A stretch of DNA of 64,000 nucleotides from Candidatus Woesearchaeota archaeon (lineage in GTDB: Archaea > Nanobdellota > Nanobdellia > SCGC-AAA011-G17 > UBA489), in NCBI GenBank assembly GCA_016845225.1, contig JAERTB010000010.1, positions 12,294 through 76,293 of the forward strand. The letters are read 5' to 3'. A program made the position numbers and the translations under genes. Under the pieces are notes generated by a model. That model had not been told where the DNA came from and searched no databases. It worked only from the letters and a program-made list of their open reading frames with translations. This document shows, in pieces, positions 17,772 to 25,962 of the stretch. Numbering within the stretch: the first letter of the stretch is position 1; each line of letters starts with the position of its first letter.

Positions 17772-18161
17772 ATGAATAAAAAAGGGGTTTCGTTGTTGTA
17801 TATCTATACATTTTATCTTGTTTTAGTAATTGTTATTTTTGTAGCATTGTATGGGAAAGTTGTTGGAAGTAAAGATGATACAGGTTATAGTTTAGAGTTT
17901 TATGCAAAAGATATTGCCTACGGTGTTGAAGGGATGTTATGGTCCGAGGGAGATGTAACATATGTTTATCCTCTGAAAGAAAAATATGATGTTTGGATAA
18001 ATAATGATGCCGGTTATGTGCATGTAAAAAAGGGATGGTCTGAAGACAAATATTCTTTTAGGGTAAGAGAGGGATATTCTATTAATGCAGAACCAAATTT
18101 AGAAAATTTTGATATGGCTAATCCTTATTCAATTAGTAAACAGGCGAGGGAGATAGCATGA
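17772..18161 (+). CDS. pilin-like protein
   Basis: KKG/VSLL followed by hydrophobic helix. Confidence 0.8.
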   Translation: MNKKGVSLLYIYTFYLVLVIVIFVALYGKVVGSKDDTGYSLEFYAKDIAYGVEGMLWSEGDVTYVYPLKEKYDVWINNDAGYVHVKKGWSEDKYSFRVREGYSINAEPNLENFDMANPYSISKQAREIA

Positions 18162-18571
18162 GTTTTGTAAGGACTATGCTAATGATTAAAGCAATTGTTG
18201 CAATAATTATTGTGACGGTTTCTTCTTTTGCATTTGTATTTATCTTGAGTGGACATTTGGGAAGGGAAGTTCATAGTGAAAATGTTGAGCATTTTTTAGC
18301 TAAGGAACATTTGGTTAATGTTTTTACTGAAAATGGAGAGATTAATAGGGAAGAGTTGGATGAATTTCTTGAGATGGAACATCCTAAATTTGCACTAAAA
18401 CTAGAATTAGGGGGAGAAATTTATGTATCAAATCCTTCTCTATATGAGTATGGAAATTTTTGTAAAATAAAAGATTCTCCTGTGAGTTGTAGTAAAGAGT
18501 TTAGAGATTTTTATTTAGTTGATGGAAATTTAGAAAGAGCAAAAATAAATGTGGTGATGAAGAATGCATAA
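18158..18571 (+). CDS. pilin-like single-TM protein
   Basis: N-terminal hydrophobic helix; overlaps both neighbours; no clear KG cleavage site. Confidence 0.65.
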   Translation: MSFVRTMLMIKAIVAIIIVTVSSFAFVFILSGHLGREVHSENVEHFLAKEHLVNVFTENGEINREELDEFLEMEHPKFALKLELGGEIYVSNPSLYEYGNFCKIKDSPVSCSKEFRDFYLVDGNLERAKINVVMKNA

Positions 18572-19100
18572 AAGGGGATTTGCAGGAATATCTGAAGCAG
18601 TTTCAATGTTCGTATTAGTAATTTTATTTGTGAGTTTTTGGTTGATGTTTGATATTGGAGATGCTTTTAGCGAAGAGGCTGAAGAGATAACTGCACATAA
18701 ACTTGCAGAAACTAAAGAATATGGTTTTTTGTTTTTGAAAGCGAAGGTAATCGATGAACTTGAAATGAGTTTTGGAGATTTAATTGTAAAAAGTGTTGAA
18801 AGTAATAATTATTCTTCTCTTGAAAATTTATTAATTAATGAATTTAATGAGCCTAGTTTTTATTGGACTTTAGTTATAAGAAATTTAGATGATGAAATTA
18901 TAAAAAAGTTAACGAGGGATGGATGGATAACAAAGAGCGGACAAGAAGAAACTGAACAAGTAATCTTAATTCCAGGATATAAGGAAAAAAATCTAAGAAT
19001 TATTGTAAAAATAACAAAAGGAGAAAGATTTAATCAGGCAATTGCTGATTATGATGATCCTTCTAATATTCCTAGAGGTTCTATTGGTCAAATATATTAA
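18564..19100 (+). CDS. pilin-like protein
   Basis: KRG/FAGISE followed by hydrophobic helix. Confidence 0.8.
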   Translation: MHKRGFAGISEAVSMFVLVILFVSFWLMFDIGDAFSEEAEEITAHKLAETKEYGFLFLKAKVIDELEMSFGDLIVKSVESNNYSSLENLLINEFNEPSFYWTLVIRNLDDEIIKKLTRDGWITKSGQEETEQVILIPGYKEKNLRIIVKITKGERFNQAIADYDDPSNIPRGSIGQIY

Positions 19101-19411
19101 CGTCTTCTCTTAGGAATTGCTAAACTGAAAATATTATTGAATTCTTCAATGTATTCTGGGTTGTAGGTTTCTAAGATTTCTCTTACTTCATAAGTATAAC
19201 AATCTACACAAACATTAAGTTCTTTTGCACAACTCAAACATTTCTCTGTATTCCTATTGTATGTGCGTAGAAAGAAGTTATTTCCTTCTAATAGTTCAAC
19301 TAACCTTGGATCTTTTGCACCCAACCATGACTTTATTTCTTCCCCCATACAGCTAAAACATAATGGAAGTTGTATCTTTTTGTCACATAACATGCAACCT
19401 TCTTTATCCAT
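19097..19411 (-). CDS. small 8-Cys zinc-binding protein
   Basis: Four CxxC pairs (CMLC, CFSC, CLSC, CVDC); GGAGG RBS on minus strand. Confidence 0.75.
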   Translation of the reverse strand: MDKEGCMLCDKKIQLPLCFSCMGEEIKSWLGAKDPRLVELLEGNNFFLRTYNRNTEKCLSCAKELNVCVDCYTYEVREILETYNPEYIEEFNNIFSLAIPKRRR

Positions 19412-19583
19412 TTTATTTCCTCCTATTGTTTATTCTTACTGATAATCAATAGAGATAAGCAACTATATAAGTATGTATGTTTATCAATACTCATAAGCAA
19501 TAATGATAAACTTTATAAACTAGAGTTCTCTAAATATTGCTGGGTGAGTTAGACTGTTAAATCAAGAGATTAAAGATAAAGTT

Positions 19584-20087
19584 TTGGAGTTTGTTAAGGC
19601 AAGACCTCATGGTTGTTCTTCTCAAGAAGTTTCTAAAGATTTAGGAATCAATAGATTAACATTAACAAAATATCTTTCTACATTATATTCTGAAGGAATT
19701 TTAGGTTATAAAAAAGTTGGAATGGCTAAACTTTGGTATTTTGAAAAAAATCCATTATTGAGAAGTATGTTGCACGATAGTGATCAAAGCAAAACTTTGA
19801 AATTATTGTTTAATTCTATGGGTGTAGGTGTGATGATATTAGATCAAAAAGGAAAAATAGTTTGGTTAAATAAAAAAATAAAGAATGTTGTTGGAGAAGT
19901 TTCTGGCAAAATTGTAGACGATTGTTTAACTGAAATTGCTGAGTTAAATAAAACTGCAAATGATTCTAAAAAATCTCAGTCTGAAAGTATTTCTATCAAA
20001 TCCAATAAATATTTAATAAATGCTTCTCCTATTCTAGATAAAGAGGGAACTGTTGTTGGAATTATAGATGTTTTTTCAGAACAGTAA
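19584..20087 (+). CDS. winged-HTH plus PAS domain one-component regulator
   Basis: SSQEVSKDLGINRLTLTKYL (HTH), GVMILDQKGKIVWLN and ASPILDKEGTVVGII (PAS/PAC); start uncertain. Confidence 0.85.
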   Translation: MEFVKARPHGCSSQEVSKDLGINRLTLTKYLSTLYSEGILGYKKVGMAKLWYFEKNPLLRSMLHDSDQSKTLKLLFNSMGVGVMILDQKGKIVWLNKKIKNVVGEVSGKIVDDCLTEIAELNKTANDSKKSQSESISIKSNKYLINASPILDKEGTVVGIIDVFSEQ

Positions 20088-20095
20088 AGTAAAAT

Positions 20096-20914
20096 ATGAA
20101 CTATTTGAAAGATAAAAGAGGACTTCTTATTGAAGGTACTACTATTGTTATTGCATTCTTACTCAGTACGGCAATGGTATATTTATTCTGGGAAAAAGAA
20201 GAGACTGAAGAGTTAGTTATTGGACAGATGTTGATAGACGTATATTCTGCAGAAGCAGAAGCAGAAAAATTTGGATACTACTTTGAAAAGAATAGTGAAT
20301 ATGCATTGTTAAAAGGATTGAAACAAAACGTTGCTGCTGGATTGTTAGAAGGTACAGAATGTGAAAGTTTGTATGCTTTAGATAAAGAGGAATGTGAACT
20401 TGAAAATCTAATTGAAGTTTTTGGAAATAATGTTGGCGATCAAAGTAAAAGAAATTTTGAAGAAGATTATTCTTATGAAGGTTATGTATTAAATTTTGAA
20501 GAGATGGCTTTTGAAACTAGGAATTCAGAAGGGAAATTAATCATGAATATTAATAGTGATGAAGTTTTAGAATTTGGGAATGATGCAGAAAGAGAAATGA
20601 GTTATACCATAAAAGTTGATTATGATGTTAAACTGGATTTTGATTTTAGAGTATATGAAAATATGATTTATCCATTAAAGAATAATCTGTTATGTTTAGA
20701 AAGCCCTGAAGATATTGGTTATGAATATTCTTCAGTAAGTAATTGTCTAAATGCTTATCCTGAATTTTTAAATTTGGAGAAAGAAAATGGAATTCTTAGC
20801 TTTGATTACATTGTTAATGGTGTTCTTTTTGAAAAAGAATTAACTGGGCCATTTAAACTAGATTTAGAAGGATTTAGAAAATATTCTATGCAGGATATCT
20901 CAGATATTGCGTGA
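20096..20914 (+). CDS. pilin-like protein
   Basis: KRG/LLIE followed by hydrophobic helix; acidic ectodomain. Confidence 0.7.
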   Translation: MNYLKDKRGLLIEGTTIVIAFLLSTAMVYLFWEKEETEELVIGQMLIDVYSAEAEAEKFGYYFEKNSEYALLKGLKQNVAAGLLEGTECESLYALDKEECELENLIEVFGNNVGDQSKRNFEEDYSYEGYVLNFEEMAFETRNSEGKLIMNINSDEVLEFGNDAEREMSYTIKVDYDVKLDFDFRVYENMIYPLKNNLLCLESPEDIGYEYSSVSNCLNAYPEFLNLEKENGILSFDYIVNGVLFEKELTGPFKLDLEGFRKYSMQDISDIA

Positions 20915-20969
20915 ACTATTCTCTGTTACAATAATCTATAAAAAGAGATTTTTTTGATTAGTTAGTAAT

Positions 20970-21974
20970 ATGATGGGATTAGAGTTAAATGAGATTATTA
21001 CTAAGATAAGAGAGAAAACTCAGCTTTCTGAAGAAGAGGTTAGGCTTCAAATTACTAAGAAAAGAGATAAATTAAGTGGTTTAGTTAGTGAAGAAGGTGC
21101 AGCACATATTCTTGCAAATGAACTTGGAGTAGACGTAATGGAGTCTATTAGAAAACAAGGATTAAAAATTAATAAATTAAAACCTGGTATGAGGGTTGGT
21201 GTTCTTGCTAAAGTTGTAAAGTTATATGAAGTTAGAAGTTTCAAAAGAGGAGATCAAGATGCTAAAGTTGGAAGTTTCTTGGTTGGCGATGATTCAGGAT
21301 TGGTTAGAATTGTTATGTGGGATGAAAGTCATGTTGCTAAAATGGAATCTGGGGAAATCAAAGAGGGAACTATTGTAAAAGTTGAAAATGGTGCAGTTAG
21401 AGAAAATAATGGATATACTGAAATGCATTTAGGAAATTATAGCAATATTGAAACAAATCCTGAAGGCGTTGGAGAAATCAATGTAATTGAAAAAGGCAAT
21501 ATGGTTGGTGGAGCAGGTACTGGAGAATTAAAGATTACTAAATTAAATGAAGCAAGTATTGGAGATAATATCTCTGTTTATGGGACTGTTGTTCAGTTGT
21601 ATGATCCTAGATTTTATGAAGGATGTTCGGAATGTGGAAAGAAGGTAGTTGATGGAAAGTGTCCTAACCATCCTGAAGGAACTCCTAAAAAAATTCCAAT
21701 TCTTAATTTCTTTTTAGATGATGGGCACGAGGGAATTAGGGCTACAGCATTTAGAGATCAAGCTTCTAAAGTTTTAGGTATTGAAGATTCAGTACTTGAG
21801 GGTTTTGCAGATAATCCTGGCGGATTTGAAGAAGTAAAGCAGCAAGTGTTAGGGACTCAAAAAGTATTCAGTGGAAGAGTAAACTCAAATGAAATGTATA
21901 AAAGGAAAGAGTTTATGGTAAGTAATGTGCCACAGGTAGATACTGCAGATATTTTAGCTAAGTTTATAAATTAA
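20970..21974 (+). CDS. rpa: replication protein A (OB folds plus Zn finger)
   Basis: GLVSEEGAAHILA N-domain, VGDDSGLVRIVMW OB fold, CSEC...CPNH zinc finger. Confidence 0.9.
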   Translation: MMGLELNEIITKIREKTQLSEEEVRLQITKKRDKLSGLVSEEGAAHILANELGVDVMESIRKQGLKINKLKPGMRVGVLAKVVKLYEVRSFKRGDQDAKVGSFLVGDDSGLVRIVMWDESHVAKMESGEIKEGTIVKVENGAVRENNGYTEMHLGNYSNIETNPEGVGEINVIEKGNMVGGAGTGELKITKLNEASIGDNISVYGTVVQLYDPRFYEGCSECGKKVVDGKCPNHPEGTPKKIPILNFFLDDGHEGIRATAFRDQASKVLGIEDSVLEGFADNPGGFEEVKQQVLGTQKVFSGRVNSNEMYKRKEFMVSNVPQVDTADILAKFIN

Positions 21975-21991
21975 TTATGTGTTAAATTATT

Positions 21992-22378
21992 ATGGCAAAA
22001 AGAAAAAAAGTTTCTAAAGTTAAAGAAGGTGTTAGTAAACAAGATATTGGAATTCTTGGCGCATTACTTTTACTTATGTTTGTATTAGTTATGGTTAAGA
22101 GTGATGGAGATTTTTCAACAATTACTGGAAAAGTAGTTGAGGAGGTTCCTTTTGCAAATGAAGTTTGGAATATTCCTGTTTGTACTATGAAATCTGCTGA
22201 AGATGCAGCTACAGAATTGAGCATGAATTATGGTTGTTCTGCTAATCATTGTTATGATGCTGCATATGGAATTAAACTGCCATACAATCTTTTAGTTAAT
22301 TTAGATTGTGAAAATTCAGATGAGCGATCTAGGTGGATAGAAGATTGTAGTAAGTTCTTTAGCGCTATATGTGCCTAA
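21992..22378 (+). CDS. membrane-anchored Cys-rich small protein
   Basis: Basic N-terminus, TM helix, ITGKVV motif, 6 Cys. Confidence 0.7.
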   Translation: MAKRKKVSKVKEGVSKQDIGILGALLLLMFVLVMVKSDGDFSTITGKVVEEVPFANEVWNIPVCTMKSAEDAATELSMNYGCSANHCYDAAYGIKLPYNLLVNLDCENSDERSRWIEDCSKFFSAICA

Positions 22379-22381
22379 TTT

Positions 22382-22400
22382 GGCATTTACTGTATTTACT
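22382..22400 (+). promoter_or_regulatory. candidate upstream regulatory box (ATTTACT direct repeat)
   Basis: GGCATTTACTGTATTTACT, 18/19 identical to 61305..61323; begins about 35 nt before the TATA box at 22417. Confidence 0.45.
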
Positions 22401-22517
22401 TTGTACGCCACATTTCTTTAAATATATCTTAGTTTATCCTATTCTTTGTTCTAAGAGAACACATTAACAAAAACAAAACCCAAAGGGGCTCTTGATTTAC
22501 GAGAGTAGGAGAAAAAA

Positions 22518-22817
22518 ATGGAAACAAAAGATACAAGGATTAGTTCTATGGAGAGTGCTCCAACCAGACCATATAAGGAATGGAGAGCAGGCAATGTAAA
22601 AATTGCAATTTGGAAAAATAAGAAAACTATGGAAGATGGTTCTGAAATAGAATACAAATCTGTTAGTTTGACTAGAAGTTATAGGAAGCAAGGTGAAGAC
22701 TTGTGGAGACATGATGTGATTAATCTAAGAAGAAATGATATTCAAAAAGCAATTCTTGTTTTGAATAAAGCACAAGAAGATTTGATATTGTCTGATGATT
22801 CAAAGGATGAGGAGTGA
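22518..22817 (+). CDS. putative PC4/whirly-like ssDNA-binding protein co-transcribed with radA
   Basis: RAGNVKIAIWKN...SVSLTRSY...W pattern; AGGAG RBS; 9 nt before radA. Confidence 0.55.
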   Translation: METKDTRISSMESAPTRPYKEWRAGNVKIAIWKNKKTMEDGSEIEYKSVSLTRSYRKQGEDLWRHDVINLRRNDIQKAILVLNKAQEDLILSDDSKDEE

Positions 22818-22826
22818 GTGTGAATA

Positions 22827-23813
22827 ATGGCTACAGGTGTTGACGTCCCAGATGACGTAAAAGCAAAAGATACAGTGAAGATTACTGACCTTCCAGGTGT
22901 TGGTGCAGCTACAGCAGATAAACTTGCAGAAGCAGGTTTTGATTCTTTAATGGCTTTGGCAGTTGCAAGTCCTGCAAAGGTTGTTGAAATCGCAGGTGTT
23001 GGTGAAGCGCCTGCAAGAAAAATAATTAATGCTGCTAGAAACTCATTAGATATGGGTTTTGAAAGTGGACTTGACCTCTTAGATAAAAGAAAAAGTGTAA
23101 TTAAAATTAGTACTGGATCTAAGAATGTGGATGAAATGTTGGGCGGTGGAATGGAAACTGGTTCTATAACTGAATGTTATGGTGCATATGGTTCTGGAAA
23201 AACTTCAATTGCACATCAGCTTGCAGTCAATGTTCAACTACCTATTGAACAAGGCGGTGCAGAGGGAGTTGCAGTATGGATTGATACTGAAGGAACTTTG
23301 AGACCGGAGTATTTGAAACCTATTGCTGAGTCTGCAGGAATTGATCCTGATGAAGCACTCCATAATTTTAGAGGGGTTCGTGCTTTTAATTCAGATCATC
23401 AGATGCTACTTGCTGAAAAAGTTGAAGATTTAATCAAAAAAGATGGATTACCTGTTAAATTAATTATTTTGGATTCTTTAATGGGCCATTTTAGAAGTGA
23501 ATTTTCTGGAAGAGGAACTTTAGCAGATAGACAACAAAAGTTGAATAAACATTTACACGCATTATTGAAAGTTGCTACACAATATAATATTGCAGTGTAT
23601 ATTACTAATCAAGTAATGTCAAAACCAGATACCTTTTTTGGTGATCCAACTGAGGCTATTGGAGGACATGTTGTTGCACACACGAGTACAGTGAGAGTTT
23701 ATCTTAGAAGAGGTAAAAAGGGTACAAGAGTTGCTAAGTTGGTTGATGCTCCTGCATTACCTGATGGTGAAGCAGCATTTATGGTGACAAATGAAGGTAT
23801 TAAGGACGTCTAA
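22827..23813 (+). CDS. radA: DNA repair and recombination protein RadA
   Basis: N-terminal HhH (DLPGVGAATA), GAYGSGKT, IDTEGT, ILDSL, TNQV. Confidence 0.98.
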   Translation: MATGVDVPDDVKAKDTVKITDLPGVGAATADKLAEAGFDSLMALAVASPAKVVEIAGVGEAPARKIINAARNSLDMGFESGLDLLDKRKSVIKISTGSKNVDEMLGGGMETGSITECYGAYGSGKTSIAHQLAVNVQLPIEQGGAEGVAVWIDTEGTLRPEYLKPIAESAGIDPDEALHNFRGVRAFNSDHQMLLAEKVEDLIKKDGLPVKLIILDSLMGHFRSEFSGRGTLADRQQKLNKHLHALLKVATQYNIAVYITNQVMSKPDTFFGDPTEAIGGHVVAHTSTVRVYLRRGKKGTRVAKLVDAPALPDGEAAFMVTNEGIKDV

Positions 23814-23828
23814 TAGACGTCTAAGATA

Positions 23829-23902
23829 CGTCCCCGCCAGGATTTGAACCTGAGTCTCAACCTCCGCAAGGTTACGTGCTATCCAGGCTACACTACGGGG
23901 AC
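23829..23902 (-). tRNA. tRNA-Arg(GCG)
   Basis: Reverse complement folds as a cloverleaf: GTCCCCG acceptor, TAACC-TTGCGGA-GGTTG anticodon arm, GGTTCAAATCC T arm. Confidence 0.95.
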
Positions 23903-24001
23903 TTTCTTGTTTTTTAGCTTAAACTACTTTTAAACCTATCTTTGGAGCTTTTATTTGTTGTAGTAAGTTTTATAAATCGGATTAAAGGAATTCAAGGTAA
24001 G

Positions 24002-24178
24002 ATGGAAAAAAAGATCGTTAAATGTATGAGTACAGGCACATCAGTAACAAATGACAAAGGTAGTGTAATTTTTAATTGTCCAGGATGTAAAAAACAAAAG
24101 ATAGTTAGATCTTACAATGCTAGACAAACTTCTGTTAAGTATAAATGTCCTGCTTGTGGTTTTATTGGTCCTAATTGA
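24002..24178 (+). CDS. zinc-ribbon RNA-binding protein (DUF1610/HVO_2753 family)
   Basis: FNCPGC...YKCPACGFIGPN; conserved position upstream of EF-1beta. Confidence 0.9.
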   Translation: MEKKIVKCMSTGTSVTNDKGSVIFNCPGCKKQKIVRSYNARQTSVKYKCPACGFIGPN

Positions 24179-24189
24179 GGTTTAAAAAA

Positions 24190-24468
24190 ATGGCAAAAGT
24201 AATTATGACGTGGAAAGTTATGCCTGAGAGTTCTGAAACTAATTTAGAAGATGTTAAGGGTAAAGTTAAAGAAGCTATTGAAGGATTTGATGGCGTTATT
24301 AATGGTGAGATGACAGAAGAACCATTAGCATTTGGATTAAAATTCATAAAGGTAAGTTTTGCTTACGATGAAGACAAAGGAACAACTGATGATTTAGAAG
24401 AAGAACTTTCTTCTGGAGAGCTTATTCAAAGTGTAGAAGTTCTGAGTGTTGGAAGAGCAATGGGTTAG
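24190..24468 (+). CDS. ef1b: elongation factor 1-beta
   Basis: KVMPES...EEPLAFGLK motifs. Confidence 0.95.
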   Translation: MAKVIMTWKVMPESSETNLEDVKGKVKEAIEGFDGVINGEMTEEPLAFGLKFIKVSFAYDEDKGTTDDLEEELSSGELIQSVEVLSVGRAMG

Positions 24469-24498
24469 TTTTTTATAATCCATTAATTTTTATTATTT

Positions 24499-25035
24499 AT
24501 GGCAGAAGAACAAAAACTTCCAAATTATATCTATGAAGATGATAATGTAGTTTGTATGCTTAATCCTATGGCTGCAACAAAGGGTCACGCAATGGTGATT
24601 CCTAAACAAAAAATTTCTGTAAGTTCTCAAATGAATGACCAATTAGCTGCACATGTTTTCATGGTGGCGAATAAATTATCTGCAGCAATCTTTGAAGTGA
24701 TGGGCGCTACTGGAACAAATATCTTAGTTTCAAATGGTGCATCTGCAGGACAAAGAATGGAACAATTTGCAGTGCATATTATCCCTAGGTATGAAGATGA
24801 TAAAGTTAATATTTCTTGGGAAAGTTCTCAACTAACTGAAAAAGATATGATTGAAAATACTAAATTGATTCAATCTAAATTAACAGTGCAAGAAGTGAAT
24901 CCAGTTAAAGAAGAAATTGAAACTCCTAAATTAGAGGAAATAGCCTCTGAAGTAAATAAAGAAACTCCTGAAGTTAAAGAAGCTGAAGAAGAATTAACTG
25001 AAGAGCATTTTGATGAAGATGAAGTTCTTCCTTAA
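24499..25035 (+). CDS. HIT family protein, triad degenerate, acidic tail
   Basis: IYEDD, PMAATKGHAMVIPK, NGASAGQ, VHIIPR. Confidence 0.85.
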   Translation: MAEEQKLPNYIYEDDNVVCMLNPMAATKGHAMVIPKQKISVSSQMNDQLAAHVFMVANKLSAAIFEVMGATGTNILVSNGASAGQRMEQFAVHIIPRYEDDKVNISWESSQLTEKDMIENTKLIQSKLTVQEVNPVKEEIETPKLEEIASEVNKETPEVKEAEEELTEEHFDEDEVLP

Positions 25036-25910
25036 ATAATTGGTAAGAATATTACACTTCCTAAAATTAAAGTTGCTATTGTCCCTATTAGGAATGAAGG
25101 TACAAAGGGAATTCCTTCTTTGACAACTACTGATTTTATTTTAGATTTAATTAATAAATTAATTGATTTTTTATTTATACCTAATGGATCTTCTTTGTAA
25201 ATTAATTTTTTATTTTTGTAAACATTTCCTTGAACCCAATCTCCCTCCATTAAATTGATGGGCCTTATTTTTTTGTACATACAAGTAAGTTCTATTGTTT
25301 TTAAGAAAATTATTAAGTAAGGCATTAGTAATAGGAGAAGTGCTAAAAGTCCGCCCATATATCTCGATTGTTCAGGGAAGTAAAACCCAGTTGAAATGAA
25401 TATTGAAACTGAAAGTAATAAGGTCATAATCTTAATTGATTTGATTTTAGTTTCTTTGTTAATCTCTTGAAATTGTTTCCTGAATTTTTCTTTATTTTTT
25501 ATTGCTAATACTAATGCATAAATTACTCCATAGATTGCTCCAAGAATTAATATATTTATTACTAGAGTTAATGCAAATGGAAAGGGTGTTACTGTTTGAA
25601 TGAATGCAGGTTTTTGTGAAAATGCAGTTCCTAAAGACGTAATTAATTTTGTATCTCCTCCGCCCCATTGCCTTGTGAAATACATTAAATTTCCAAAAGC
25701 AAAAAATGCTAGAAATGTGATTCCTGCAGTTGTTAAGGGTATAAATGATTTTGTAAGGATTGTTTGCAATAATTTAATTGAAATTATGAAAAATAATAAG
25801 CCATAACTTATCCAATCAGGTATTTCTCTGGTTTTTAGATCTGAAATTGAAGCCGCAAGTAATGCTAAAAGTGCAACAACTGAAATAATGATTCCAAATA
25901 CCTCTATCAT
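25032..25910 (-). CDS. prepilin peptidase, A24 family (PibD/FlaK-like)
   Basis: SISDLKTREIPD and WGGGDTKL catalytic Asp motifs; C-terminal GIPFVP. Confidence 0.93.
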   Translation of the reverse strand: MIEVFGIIISVVALLALLAASISDLKTREIPDWISYGLLFFIISIKLLQTILTKSFIPLTTAGITFLAFFAFGNLMYFTRQWGGGDTKLITSLGTAFSQKPAFIQTVTPFPFALTLVINILILGAIYGVIYALVLAIKNKEKFRKQFQEINKETKIKSIKIMTLLLSVSIFISTGFYFPEQSRYMGGLLALLLLLMPYLIIFLKTIELTCMYKKIRPINLMEGDWVQGNVYKNKKLIYKEDPLGINKKSINLLIKSKIKSVVVKEGIPFVPSFLIGTIATLILGSVIFLPII

Positions 25911-25962
25911 GGTTATTTTGCGTCTGAATAAGTTTATAAAGTTTTTAGCTAGTTTTGAGTAT

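Noticed and set aside
23805-23832. GACGTCTAA tandem repeat between radA stop and tRNA-Arg 3' end as an att site
   Set aside because: Only 9 nt, adjacent copies, and no integrase or foreign island nearby; more likely a small duplication or terminator hairpin.
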